This document shows positions 15,976 through 24,716 of a stretch of DNA of 34,786 bases, piece after piece. This stretch comes from an uncultured archaeon (lineage in GTDB: Archaea; Iainarchaeota; Iainarchaeia; Iainarchaeales; GW2011-AR10), in contig CAYIER010000001.1 of assembly GCA_964362395.1 (NCBI GenBank), positions 1-34,786 of the forward strand. Reading direction: 5' to 3'. Position 1 is the stretch's first letter, and each line of letters opens with the position of its first letter. Position numbers and translations under genes: made by a program. The notes beneath the pieces were generated by a model that was given only the letters and a program-made list of their open reading frames with translations, had not been told where the DNA came from and ran no database searches.

Positions 15976-16997
15976 AAAACCCCCGCACCCTGCACGGAAA
16001 TTTCAAGCAGGTTTCCTTTCTGTTCTTTCACAAATTCCACTTCAAGCATTTTTTCAAGCACTTGGATATTGCTTTTGGCATGCCCGGTTTCGTTTGCGCA
16101 CAAAATCGCGCTCTTTCCCTTTGCAAGCGCCATGAATGGCAAAAGCTGGTCGGACATGTGCGAGTCAACAGCCGCGCCAGAACCAAGTTCAAGCAACAGC
16201 CTCTGCGCGGCCTCTGCGCCTACAATTTCTGCGCGCTTTCCTTTTTCACCCAATGCATTTGCGCCAATGCACACTCCATTGTCAAAGCATGCAACAAGGT
16301 CAATTGCGCTTCCGATTGTGCCAGCGTTCTGTGCGGCGTCAATCTGTTCCACAACCTCCACACCCAAGTGCCCAATCATTTTGCGCGCAGAAACAGCCTG
16401 TGCCTTTGCAACGCTTGACGGAATCTGCGAGCTATGCGAAAAAATTTTTATCAACGAAAGTTTGCCGCACGACAAAATATTGATTGGCTTTAGTTTTTTT
16501 ATTTTGTGGGACTTAAAAGAAACCGCACCGCCGCCTTTGGGATAAAAACCGTAGCTTAAAAGGCTCAGCTCTGTTTTAGCGTTAAAGCGCGAAAGCGTAT
16601 AGAGAAAAACTTCCCGAAAATAATTAAACGAAGGCGCAAATGGAACGTCGGTCCCACCAGAAATGCGAAGCATTGTTTCCTCAAGAAAACACGCTGGCAA
16701 AAGCTCTGAAAGCAAAAGCATGGTGCTGCCCGCAGTGCCGATGTTCACGTTCAGGTGAGTACCCACAAATTCTTTGGGAGAAAAAACAATTTTTGTCGAA
16801 CCATTGAATGCGCCATGCACTGTTGCCCCACAAAGAACACCCATTGCCTTGATTCCGGCAAGGTGCTGTGGAAAAATCCCCGGCTTTGGCCTGTTTTTGC
16901 GGATGTTTAAGACAGTGACCTCTTTGCCCAAAAGGGCACTCAAGCCAATGGTTGTGCGAAGAACCTGCCCACCGGCAGAAGCATCAATTTCTATCAT
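15972..16997 (-). CDS. rtcA: RNA 3'-terminal phosphate cyclase
   Basis: GGQVLRT, IRKNRPKPG, GGTDV, GFYPKGGG, VDSHMSDQL, ETGH. Confidence 0.94.
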   Translation of the reverse strand: MIEIDASAGGQVLRTTIGLSALLGKEVTVLNIRKNRPKPGIFPQHLAGIKAMGVLCGATVHGAFNGSTKIVFSPKEFVGTHLNVNIGTAGSTMLLLSELLPACFLEETMLRISGGTDVPFAPSFNYFREVFLYTLSRFNAKTELSLLSYGFYPKGGGAVSFKSHKIKKLKPINILSCGKLSLIKIFSHSSQIPSSVAKAQAVSARKMIGHLGVEVVEQIDAAQNAGTIGSAIDLVACFDNGVCIGANALGEKGKRAEIVGAEAAQRLLLELGSGAAVDSHMSDQLLPFMALAKGKSAILCANETGHAKSNIQVLEKMLEVEFVKEQKGNLLEISVQGAGVF

Positions 16998-17057
16998 ACA
17001 CAAATGCCTCTTGAAAAAGCTATTTAAAATAAAGGCTGTTAAAAGGTTTTAGTAAGC

Positions 17058-17966
17058 ATGAAAATCCTTGTAACCGGTTCAGGCGGCTTTGTCGGAAAAC
17101 GCCTTGTTTTAGCCCTAAAGCAAAGAGGGCACGAAGTTTTTGGCTTTGACAAAAGCACAGGAAACGACATCCTTGACTTTGAAGGCGTAAAAAAAGCCGC
17201 GAAAAGAATGGATGCGGTCTTTCACCTCGCCGCAAGCCTAAACGAGCATGACAAAAAACTTTTTGAAACAAACGTGGATGGCACAAAAAATGCCCTTGAG
17301 GCAAGCGCACAAGAACAAATACAGCAGTTCATTTTCCTAAGCACCGTTGGCGTAATGGGCGACGTTTCGAAAATTGCTGACGAAAGCACGCCGCTTAATC
17401 CACAAACCCCTTACGAAAAAAGCAAGGCAGCGGCAGAAGAGCTAGTGCTAAGTTACCAGGAAGTTTTGCCTGTGACAATCGTGCGCTCCGCACTTGTCCT
17501 TGGGCCAAACAAGGAATGGAAACAAATAATCAAAACAATAAAAAAAGGCTTTCCACTGATTGGCAGCGGAAAAAAATTCTGGCAAATAGTGTCCGTTGAC
17601 GACTTGGTCAACTCACTGGTATTTTTGCTTGGCAACGAAAAAGCGGTCGGAGAAACATTCATTGTTGCCGAACAAAACCCAAAAAAACTCATCGAACTGG
17701 TTGAACTCATAAAAAAAGAACTGGGTATTTTGCAAAAAACAAAAACAATCCCTGTGTGGATTGGAATGCTTCTTAGTTACGCGATGCTGTTTTTTGCAAA
17801 AATAACAAAAAAAGAAACAGTATTGCTCCCCGAATACGTGGCGCGCCTTGTGCGAAACAGGCAATATTCAATTGAAAAAATAAAAAAAGCCGGCTGGATG
17901 CCAAAAACTTCAACAGAAGAAGCGGTAAAAAAAACAGTTGCGGAAATAAAAAGGGTTTCGGGCTAA
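17058..17966 (+). CDS. NAD-dependent epimerase/dehydratase (extended SDR)
   Basis: ILVTGSGGFVG, VFHLAA, YEKSK. Confidence 0.92.
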   Translation: MKILVTGSGGFVGKRLVLALKQRGHEVFGFDKSTGNDILDFEGVKKAAKRMDAVFHLAASLNEHDKKLFETNVDGTKNALEASAQEQIQQFIFLSTVGVMGDVSKIADESTPLNPQTPYEKSKAAAEELVLSYQEVLPVTIVRSALVLGPNKEWKQIIKTIKKGFPLIGSGKKFWQIVSVDDLVNSLVFLLGNEKAVGETFIVAEQNPKKLIELVELIKKELGILQKTKTIPVWIGMLLSYAMLFFAKITKKETVLLPEYVARLVRNRQYSIEKIKKAGWMPKTSTEEAVKKTVAEIKRVSG

Positions 17967-18063
17967 TAGCAAAGGGCATAAATAATTGAATTTTTAATTG
18001 CTCTTTGCATATGGCAAACTGCCGCAAAAAGTTCAAAAACAAATACAGTTTGCCATAGTTTTG

Positions 18064-18861
18064 CTATTTTTTCAATTTCTCTTTCCCCGCTTTTTGGACC
18101 GATGCAACCATCCGGGAAAGTGTTTTTTCAACGAGCGAGACATCGTTGTTTGTTTCCTCTGCCGCCGTGCCGACATGGATTATGTCCGCGCCGGCCCTGA
18201 TTGTCTGGTAGGCAAATTTTTCGTCACGCACCCCGCCCGCAACAATGAGGGGAACCTCAATGAGCTTTTTCGCGTAGGAAATCATTTCAGGGGGCACAGG
18301 TGACTCGGCCCCGCCGCCGCTTTCAAGAATCACAAATTTTGAGCCAAGATACTGCCCCGCCAGAGCAGTAATTCCGGCAAGATAAGGGAGATTTCTAGGG
18401 ATCATCTGTGCCCTGCCAACCCAGCCGACTGCCCGGCCCGGCTCGACAACAATGTAAGAGGTAGGGATTACCTCGATTCCAAGGCTCTTAATCGGCCCCG
18501 CGCTTGCAATCTGCGCACCAGTGATGTAATAAGGGTCGGTTGAGTTAAGCATTGACATAAAATAAAGCGCATCCGCATATCTACTGATGCTTGCAATGTT
18601 GCCCGGAAATAAAATCACAGGGAGGGCACAGTTTTCCTTCACTGAAAGGATTGTAGTGTCCAAAATGGCGCCCTGCGCGCCAACACTGCCGCCAATGCAA
18701 ATGGCGTTCACGCCTGCTTTTTGGGCAGCCTTTGCAATCTGGCCAGCAACTTTTGGCTCCTGGTTTGGCGGGTCAATTACAAGGAAAACAAGGCCGCCCA
18801 AGGCATCAATTTCACCCAAAATTTGCCGATAAATTTTGTCTTTCACAAAAAAAACTTCCAA
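18064..18861 (-). CDS. Geranylgeranylglyceryl phosphate synthase (PcrB family)
   Basis: LVIDP, IGGS, PVILFPG, SMLNS, LESGGGA, VAGGVR, GADIIHVGT. Confidence 0.92.
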   Translation of the reverse strand: MEVFFVKDKIYRQILGEIDALGGLVFLVIDPPNQEPKVAGQIAKAAQKAGVNAICIGGSVGAQGAILDTTILSVKENCALPVILFPGNIASISRYADALYFMSMLNSTDPYYITGAQIASAGPIKSLGIEVIPTSYIVVEPGRAVGWVGRAQMIPRNLPYLAGITALAGQYLGSKFVILESGGGAESPVPPEMISYAKKLIEVPLIVAGGVRDEKFAYQTIRAGADIIHVGTAAEETNNDVSLVEKTLSRMVASVQKAGKEKLKK

Positions 18862-19056
18862 ATTTGCATTATTATGGGGGGAAAAGAAAATAAAAAGCTG
18901 GCGTCCAAAAAAAAACCAAAAAAAATCAGAAAAAACAACTCTTACAGCTTAGAAACCCCCAAAAAAAACCGCACCCTTTGTCAACAATTAAATAATGTAG
19001 GATGGATACTTATTTTGGGGATTTTTCTGGAACAGGCATCGGTCTCAAAGGAAAGC

Positions 19057-20340
19057 ATGGTTGAAAAACTTCTTGCGCAATCAAAAAAACCGCGCGAAGA
19101 AATACTTGCCATGATTGAGCAAAAAAAACAAAAATTTGCAGGGCTATTGACCGATGACGGCGCGGCATTCATGATTGCAAAAGAGCTCGGCGAAAACATG
19201 CCCTCGACACAATACGAACAGGAAGCGGCAAAGCTCTCAGACCTACGCGACGGCCAAGGCGGCCTGACGCTAAAAGTCCGCCTCATGCACGCCTTTTCGC
19301 CAAAAACATTTGAAAAAAACGGAAAAAAAGGGGTGCTCTGCAACGCAATAGTTGCTGACAGCTCAAAAGAAATGCGCCTCACACTCTGGCGCGACGATGT
19401 CAAAAAACTCTTTGACGAAAAAATCGAGCGCGGCGCAATGCTTGAACTCTCAAACGTGAGCGTTTCATCATACAACGAACAAGCACAATTAAGCATCGGC
19501 TTTGGGGGGACATTCACGGTGCTTTCAAAAGACGATGCAGCGTTCCCAAAACCAAAAGAAACCGCGCTAAAACTAAAAGACGTGGCTGCAAACCAGAACA
19601 ACCTCGATGTTTTTGCAAAAGTGCTGCGCGTTTTTGAAGAAAAACAATTCGAGTCAAACGGAAAAAACGGGAGCGTGATAAATTTCCAGATAGGCGACGA
19701 GACAAAAACAATCCGCGCGGCCGCATGGAACGAGCTCACAGAAGCAGTGAAAAAACTCTCTGCCGGCGACACGATAAAAATAGAAGGCGCCTACACAAAA
19801 GAAGGGTTAAACGGGCCGGAACTAAACCTCGGCTGGCAGGCACGAATAATCGAAAAACCATCAAACATTGAAATAAAAACACAGCAAAACGAAGTGCAGG
19901 CAAAAAAAATCAGCGAACTTGCAGAATCCATGAACGCAAGGGTAAACGCGTTCATTGAAAGGGTGGAAAACGGAAAACTACACTACTTTGTGTGCCCCAC
20001 ATGCGGAAAAAAACTTGAAAAAGAAGAAGACGAATTCCGCTGCATTTACTGCAAGCAGGCAAAAGAGCCCGACATCAACCTCGTTGTGGGCTTGACAATC
20101 AAGGACGAAAATGGGTTGCTCCGCGCAGTGTTTTTTGGAAAACAGGCTGAAACGGCAACTGGAATTTCAAAAGAAGAAATGAAAAAACTGCTCGAAGAAA
20201 AACACCCGGACGAAATAGTCGAAGAATTGAACAAAAAGCTTGCAGGAAAAGAAATAACGCTCGAAGGACGCGTGCGAAAAAATGCGGCCAGCGACGAAAC
20301 AGAACTGATAGTGCAGAATGTTGTAGCAATCGGAAAATAA
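19057..20340 (+). CDS. rpa: Replication protein A (multi-OB fold with zinc finger); start approximate
   Basis: N-terminal GLLTDDGAAFMIAKELG, repeated OB folds (ADSSKEMRLTLW, GDETKTIRAAAW), CPTC...CIYC. Confidence 0.92.
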   Translation: MVEKLLAQSKKPREEILAMIEQKKQKFAGLLTDDGAAFMIAKELGENMPSTQYEQEAAKLSDLRDGQGGLTLKVRLMHAFSPKTFEKNGKKGVLCNAIVADSSKEMRLTLWRDDVKKLFDEKIERGAMLELSNVSVSSYNEQAQLSIGFGGTFTVLSKDDAAFPKPKETALKLKDVAANQNNLDVFAKVLRVFEEKQFESNGKNGSVINFQIGDETKTIRAAAWNELTEAVKKLSAGDTIKIEGAYTKEGLNGPELNLGWQARIIEKPSNIEIKTQQNEVQAKKISELAESMNARVNAFIERVENGKLHYFVCPTCGKKLEKEEDEFRCIYCKQAKEPDINLVVGLTIKDENGLLRAVFFGKQAETATGISKEEMKKLLEEKHPDEIVEELNKKLAGKEITLEGRVRKNAASDETELIVQNVVAIGK

Positions 20341-20349
20341 GGCGAAAAA

Positions 20350-20829
20350 ATGCCACTCAAAGCAAACAAAAGAAAACCTCCAATAATAAAAACACTTTTA
20401 AAGTATCATGACTTGCCTGCAGATGAAATATACAGATTGCTTTTAGATATGGGGTTTAATCCAAACCCAAGGTCAGTCACTACAGCAAGAAGACAATTGG
20501 AAATGGCCGGAAAAATTCCGGCTGCAGACAAAGAAAAAGGGCTACAAGTAGCCATATCAAGACTACTTGAGTATTATGAAAAAAATCCAAGCACAGACCC
20601 AATCAAGGCAGCAAAAGAATTAGGAATAGATAAAAAATTTGCAATAAATTTTTCACGCCTTAATGCAGTGTTCCGCAGAACACGCGAAACAATAAAACTC
20701 ATTAAAACTCACCCTGGGCAAAATGACAAAGAAATCGCAAAAATAACAGGACAACGCGAAGAAACCGTTGCATATGCAAGAAAATTTATTGCAATGCAGC
20801 GCCAAAAACAAAAGAAGCCACATAACTGA
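20350..20829 (+). CDS. Hypothetical basic protein with 2-3 putative HTH repeats
   Basis: PADEIYRLL..PRSVTTARRQL, PIKAAKELGI, NDKEIAKITGQREETVAYARK. Confidence 0.7.
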   Translation: MPLKANKRKPPIIKTLLKYHDLPADEIYRLLLDMGFNPNPRSVTTARRQLEMAGKIPAADKEKGLQVAISRLLEYYEKNPSTDPIKAAKELGIDKKFAINFSRLNAVFRRTRETIKLIKTHPGQNDKEIAKITGQREETVAYARKFIAMQRQKQKKPHN

Positions 20830-21034
20830 TGGAAAACTTTGCCTTCAACTTGTGCTCGCGGTTCAAAAAACCAATCCGAAGCAAACCCAAAAGGTAAAGG
20901 CCAAAAACAATGATTATGATGCCGCCAAGGCGCGAAACCCAAAGCCGCAAATCATTTGAAACCCCAATCAAGACAGTGCTCAACAAAACGCCAAGCAGGG
21001 AAAAAACAACCGAAATCCCATAGCTCTTTACCAT
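20786..21034 (-). pseudogene. ccdA: Internal fragment of CcdA/DsbD-type cytochrome c biogenesis membrane protein
   Basis: VFSLLGVLL...SRLGGIIIIVFGLYLLGLLRIGFL.REHK...SYVASFVFGAA resembles the CcdA mid-region; both PC-motif regions are absent. Confidence 0.6.
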
Positions 21035-21195
21035 AAATGCTGATTGCTATTTAAAACCTAAAACAGAAAAAAAATTCGCACCGGAAATCCACCCGGATAT
21101 TATTTAAAAACTTCAAAGCAATTCTCTTACAGCAGAAAGGCAAGGGAGCAACACCACCCCCACGGTTTGCTTCAAAAAGCTGGATTCTGCAGGAG

Positions 21196-23643
21196 ATGAA
21201 ATCCATGGGAAAAGAAAAAGAAATCAAAACAATACAGGACCTGCCGGGAATCGGCCCACAAGGCGCAGAAAAACTAATTGCAGCAGGGTACAAGACACTT
21301 GAAGGAATTGCGGTCGCGTCCGCTGCCGAACTGGTTGAAGCGGCAGGCATCGGGGAAGTGACTGCGGAAAAAGCGATAAAGGCAGCGCGTGACGCACTGG
21401 AAATGGGCTTTGAAACCGCAGATGTTTTGGCAAAAAGAAGGGAAACAATAGGAAAACTCACAACCGGAAGCAAAGAAATTGACGCATTGATTGGCGGCGG
21501 AATAGAAAGCCAAAGCATTACAGAAATTTACGGAAAATTTGCGAGTGGGAAAACTCAATGGTGCTTTCAAACAGCCGTGACCGTGCAGCTCCCAAAAGAA
21601 CAGGGCGGCCTTGAAGGAAACTGCCTTTACATTGATTCCGAGAATTCGTTCCGCCCAGAACGGGTAATTGACGTTGCAAAGCACTTAGGGCTTGACACAG
21701 ATGAGGTGTTGAAAAACATTTTCGTGGCCCGTGCTTACAACTCAGAGCACCAAATGCTTTTGGCAGAAAAAGCAGGCGACATGGTAAAAGAAAAAAACAT
21801 CAAGCTCGTGATAGTGGATTCGCTGACAGCACAGTTCCGTTCAGAATTCGTTGGCAGAGGAACACTTGCAGGCCGCCAGCAAAAATTAAACCAGCACATG
21901 AGGACACTGCAAAAACTTGCAGAAATGCACAACATTGCAGTTCTTGTAACCAACCAGGTAATGGAGCGCCCAGACATTTTGTTTGGCGACCCGACAGCGC
22001 CAATCGGCGGGAACGTAGTGGCCCACGCGTGCCTTGACCAAGAAACATTTATTCAATTAAGTGACGGGGGCTTGCAGCAAATGCAGCACCTAAACCAAAA
22101 CAACGCAATGGCAGCCGATTTAAACGGGAATTTTTTGGTTAGAGGAACCGAAATCAGCTTGAAGTCTTTTCGGCCAGACATAAAAGAAGTGTTTGAAATT
22201 GACACTGGCTACAAAATTACTGCTTCAGGGGAACATGGATTTTTCAAACTTGATGGGTTCAAAATAAAAGAAATCAACGCACGGGAAATAAAAAAAGGCG
22301 ATTACCTGCTCCATGCAAAAACGATTGAGTGCACGGGGGCAGAACAGGCACTGCAAGAGCAAGAATTAAAAGAAATGGTTATTGTAAACCAAGCAGGGGC
22401 AGAACTCATAAAAAATTCAATGCAGCAAAGGGGCATCTCAAGAAAAGAAGCATGCAATTTAATTGAAATAACCCCGCGGCAATTGCGAAGGGTTTTAAAC
22501 CAAGGTTACCCTACTTCAAAAACAAATATGCTCCTGCTTGTTAAAGAAGGGTTTGACAGCCAGCTACTTGAAAATATTGGCCAACACGCTTCGCACAAAT
22601 TCAAAGAACTGCATGTTCCGCAATATTTCACAGAAGAAACCGCGCAGATAACCGGTTATCTTTTAGGGGACGGAAACCTCGACAAGCGCTCCGTCAGGTT
22701 TCGGGACGCAAGAAAAGATGTTTTAGAAACCTATGCAGGCATTATTAAAAAAACATTCAATGCAGACACGAACATCACCAAAATAAAAAATAAAAACTGC
22801 CACCAGATTAGCATTAACAGCAAAGAGATAAAAGAGTTTTTTGAAAACATCAAAAAAAACTGGGCGAACCTTGTCCCAAACTCAAGCCCTGCAATAGTGA
22901 AATCATTCATAAAGGGGTTTGTTGATGCAGAAGGATATGTCGATAAAAAAATCAGGAGGATAAGCATTGCACAAAAAAACGAGCAAACGCTAAGAATAAT
23001 CCAAATGCTTTTGCTCAGGTTTGGCATCAACAGCAAAATCAGGCCAGCAGGCAAAGCAAAAAAGCAATTCATGATGCTTGAATTGTTCAGCACAGACGTG
23101 GTAAAATACAATGAATTGATTGGCCTAAGCGCAAAAGACAAATCAGAAGAATTAAAAAAATGGGCTGATTCGTTCAAAGAACACCTCGCAAAGGAAATAG
23201 TGCCGCTGGACAGGAAAGAGATGGAACAGTTCTTGGCAGGAGTGTTCAAACACCAAACAAAAATCCTCAAATCAAGAAATTACAAATATATCACAACTGC
23301 AGACCTAAAAAAAATAGTGGCAGCACTACAGGAAAAAGAATTAAATCCAATACTGCAGAAAAAAAAAGAGTTTTTGGAAAAACTATTGAATGGAAACCTG
23401 AAATTTTTAAAAGTCCAAAAAATCACTAAAAAACCAAACACACGGCCACTATACGACCTTAGCATTCCAGAAAAAGAAAACTACATTGCAAACGGCTTCA
23501 TAGTGCATAACAGCAAAACCCGCTTATACCTTCGCAAAAGCAAGGAAGACAAGCGCGTAGCAAAACTCGTTGACTCGCCATCGCTTCCTGACGGGGAAGC
23601 GCTTTACCGGGTGACTTCAAACGGGATAGAAGACATAGATTAA
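21196..23643 (+). CDS. radA: DNA recombinase RadA interrupted by an intein
   Basis: DLPGIGP HhH, TEIYGKFASGKTQ Walker A, YIDSENSFRPER, VIVDS, RGTLAGRQQKL, TNQV, RLYLRK...DSPSLP. Confidence 0.98.
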   Translation: MKSMGKEKEIKTIQDLPGIGPQGAEKLIAAGYKTLEGIAVASAAELVEAAGIGEVTAEKAIKAARDALEMGFETADVLAKRRETIGKLTTGSKEIDALIGGGIESQSITEIYGKFASGKTQWCFQTAVTVQLPKEQGGLEGNCLYIDSENSFRPERVIDVAKHLGLDTDEVLKNIFVARAYNSEHQMLLAEKAGDMVKEKNIKLVIVDSLTAQFRSEFVGRGTLAGRQQKLNQHMRTLQKLAEMHNIAVLVTNQVMERPDILFGDPTAPIGGNVVAHACLDQETFIQLSDGGLQQMQHLNQNNAMAADLNGNFLVRGTEISLKSFRPDIKEVFEIDTGYKITASGEHGFFKLDGFKIKEINAREIKKGDYLLHAKTIECTGAEQALQEQELKEMVIVNQAGAELIKNSMQQRGISRKEACNLIEITPRQLRRVLNQGYPTSKTNMLLLVKEGFDSQLLENIGQHASHKFKELHVPQYFTEETAQITGYLLGDGNLDKRSVRFRDARKDVLETYAGIIKKTFNADTNITKIKNKNCHQISINSKEIKEFFENIKKNWANLVPNSSPAIVKSFIKGFVDAEGYVDKKIRRISIAQKNEQTLRIIQMLLLRFGINSKIRPAGKAKKQFMMLELFSTDVVKYNELIGLSAKDKSEELKKWADSFKEHLAKEIVPLDRKEMEQFLAGVFKHQTKILKSRNYKYITTADLKKIVAALQEKELNPILQKKKEFLEKLLNGNLKFLKVQKITKKPNTRPLYDLSIPEKENYIANGFIVHNSKTRLYLRKSKEDKRVAKLVDSPSLPDGEALYRVTSNGIEDID
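22030..23511 (+). mobile_element. 494-aa intein with LAGLIDADG homing endonuclease and HTH insert
   Basis: Starts C1 (CLDQET), block B TASGEHGFF, GYLLGDG and GFVDAEG motifs, ends YDLSI..ENYIANGFIVHN with +1 Ser. Confidence 0.96.
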
Positions 23644-23664
23644 AAGGGGCAAAAAAAGCCCCTT
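23644..23664. terminator. Hairpin between convergent radA and M42 genes
   Basis: AAGGGGC-AAAAAAA-GCCCCTT. Confidence 0.4.
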
Positions 23665-23683
23665 CCCGGCATTGCAACGCACC

Positions 23684-24712
23684 TTAAATCAATTTTGTCG
23701 GCGGGTCATTCAAAAAAGCGGCAAGCAGCCTAACCGCATTTTCAACGTCTTGGAGGCTTGCAATGCCGATTGTTGAATGCAGGTTGCGCACCGGAACACC
23801 CACAACGGTTGATGGGACACCGGAGCGGGAAATGCTGATGTACATTGCGTCAGTCGTGCCCGCATCGGTCACTTCGAGCTGTAAAGGAATGCGCTTTTTT
23901 TTGGCAAGGTACTCAAACCGTGCATTGATTTTTTTGTTAGAAATCATCTCTGCATCCTTTATGGTGATGAAAGGCCCCCTGCCAACAACATTTATATCCT
24001 GTTTTTCCGCATCGCTTGCATTTGTGACGTCAACTGCAATCGCCAAGTCAGGCTCGATTGTGTACGCAGAAGTCTTTGCGCCATACAAGCCAAACTCTTC
24101 CTGCACGGTAAAAACATAGGCAATTTCCTGGTTTAGCTTTTTCAGTTTCCTTGCAAGCTCAATCAGGATAAAGCACCCAATGCGGTCATCAAGGGCCTTG
24201 CCTGAAACATACTTTTTGCTTCCGGCAAAATACGCCTTTTCCTCTAGTGCGGCATAGTTTCCGATTTTTACGCCCGCATTTTTGAGCTCGGTTGAATTCA
24301 AGCCAGTGTCAATGTAAAGGTCTTCCATTGAAGGAACCGTGTCAGAAACCTCTTTTGCGTCCTGCAGGTGGGCAAAAGTAATTATTCCGTGCAGGGGCTT
24401 TCCGGGCTTTGTTGTCTGAATGTGAATTTTTTGCCCAATCAAGGCAATTGATTCAAGGCCGCCCATCACGCCAAAAAAAATTTTCCCATGCGGTGAAATT
24501 TTTTTTACAACCAAGCCAACCTCATCCAGATGCGCCGCAAGCATGATTTTTGGCTTTTTCCCTTATTTAAGTCAAATAAGGTTGCCCATCTTGTCAACAT
24601 ATGTTTTGCCAACAAGCCTTTTCATTTCCCGCTGGACAATTTCCCGCACAGGTTCCTCGTAACCGCTGACCCCATAAGCATTAATCAATTCAAACAACAA
24701 ATCCGTATCCAC
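23684..24712 (-). pseudogene. M42 (TET-type) aminopeptidase with two in-frame stops (TGA 24574-24572, TAA 24565-24563)
   Basis: GVSGYEEPVR...DKMGNLI*LK*GKKPKIMLAAHLDEVG all in one frame; KALDDRIG, VQEEFG, AVDV and RNLHS are intact; GGTGA RBS before GTG 24712. Confidence 0.85.
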
Positions 24713-24716
24713 CAAA

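Noticed and set aside
18721-19056. 112-aa N-terminal extension of RPA
   Set aside because: It overlaps the divergent GGGPS gene and the AT-rich promoter region; RPA-like sequence begins near 19057.
21130-21190. AAGGGAGCAAC resembling SRP RNA helix 8 upstream of radA
   Set aside because: The matching CAGG-stem-GNRA half and the other 7S RNA helices are absent; the region is too short.
24563-24574. Alternative genetic code or selenocysteine explaining the M42 stops
   Set aside because: TGA, TAA and TAG all end conserved genes normally in this window, and a TAA would also have to be read through.
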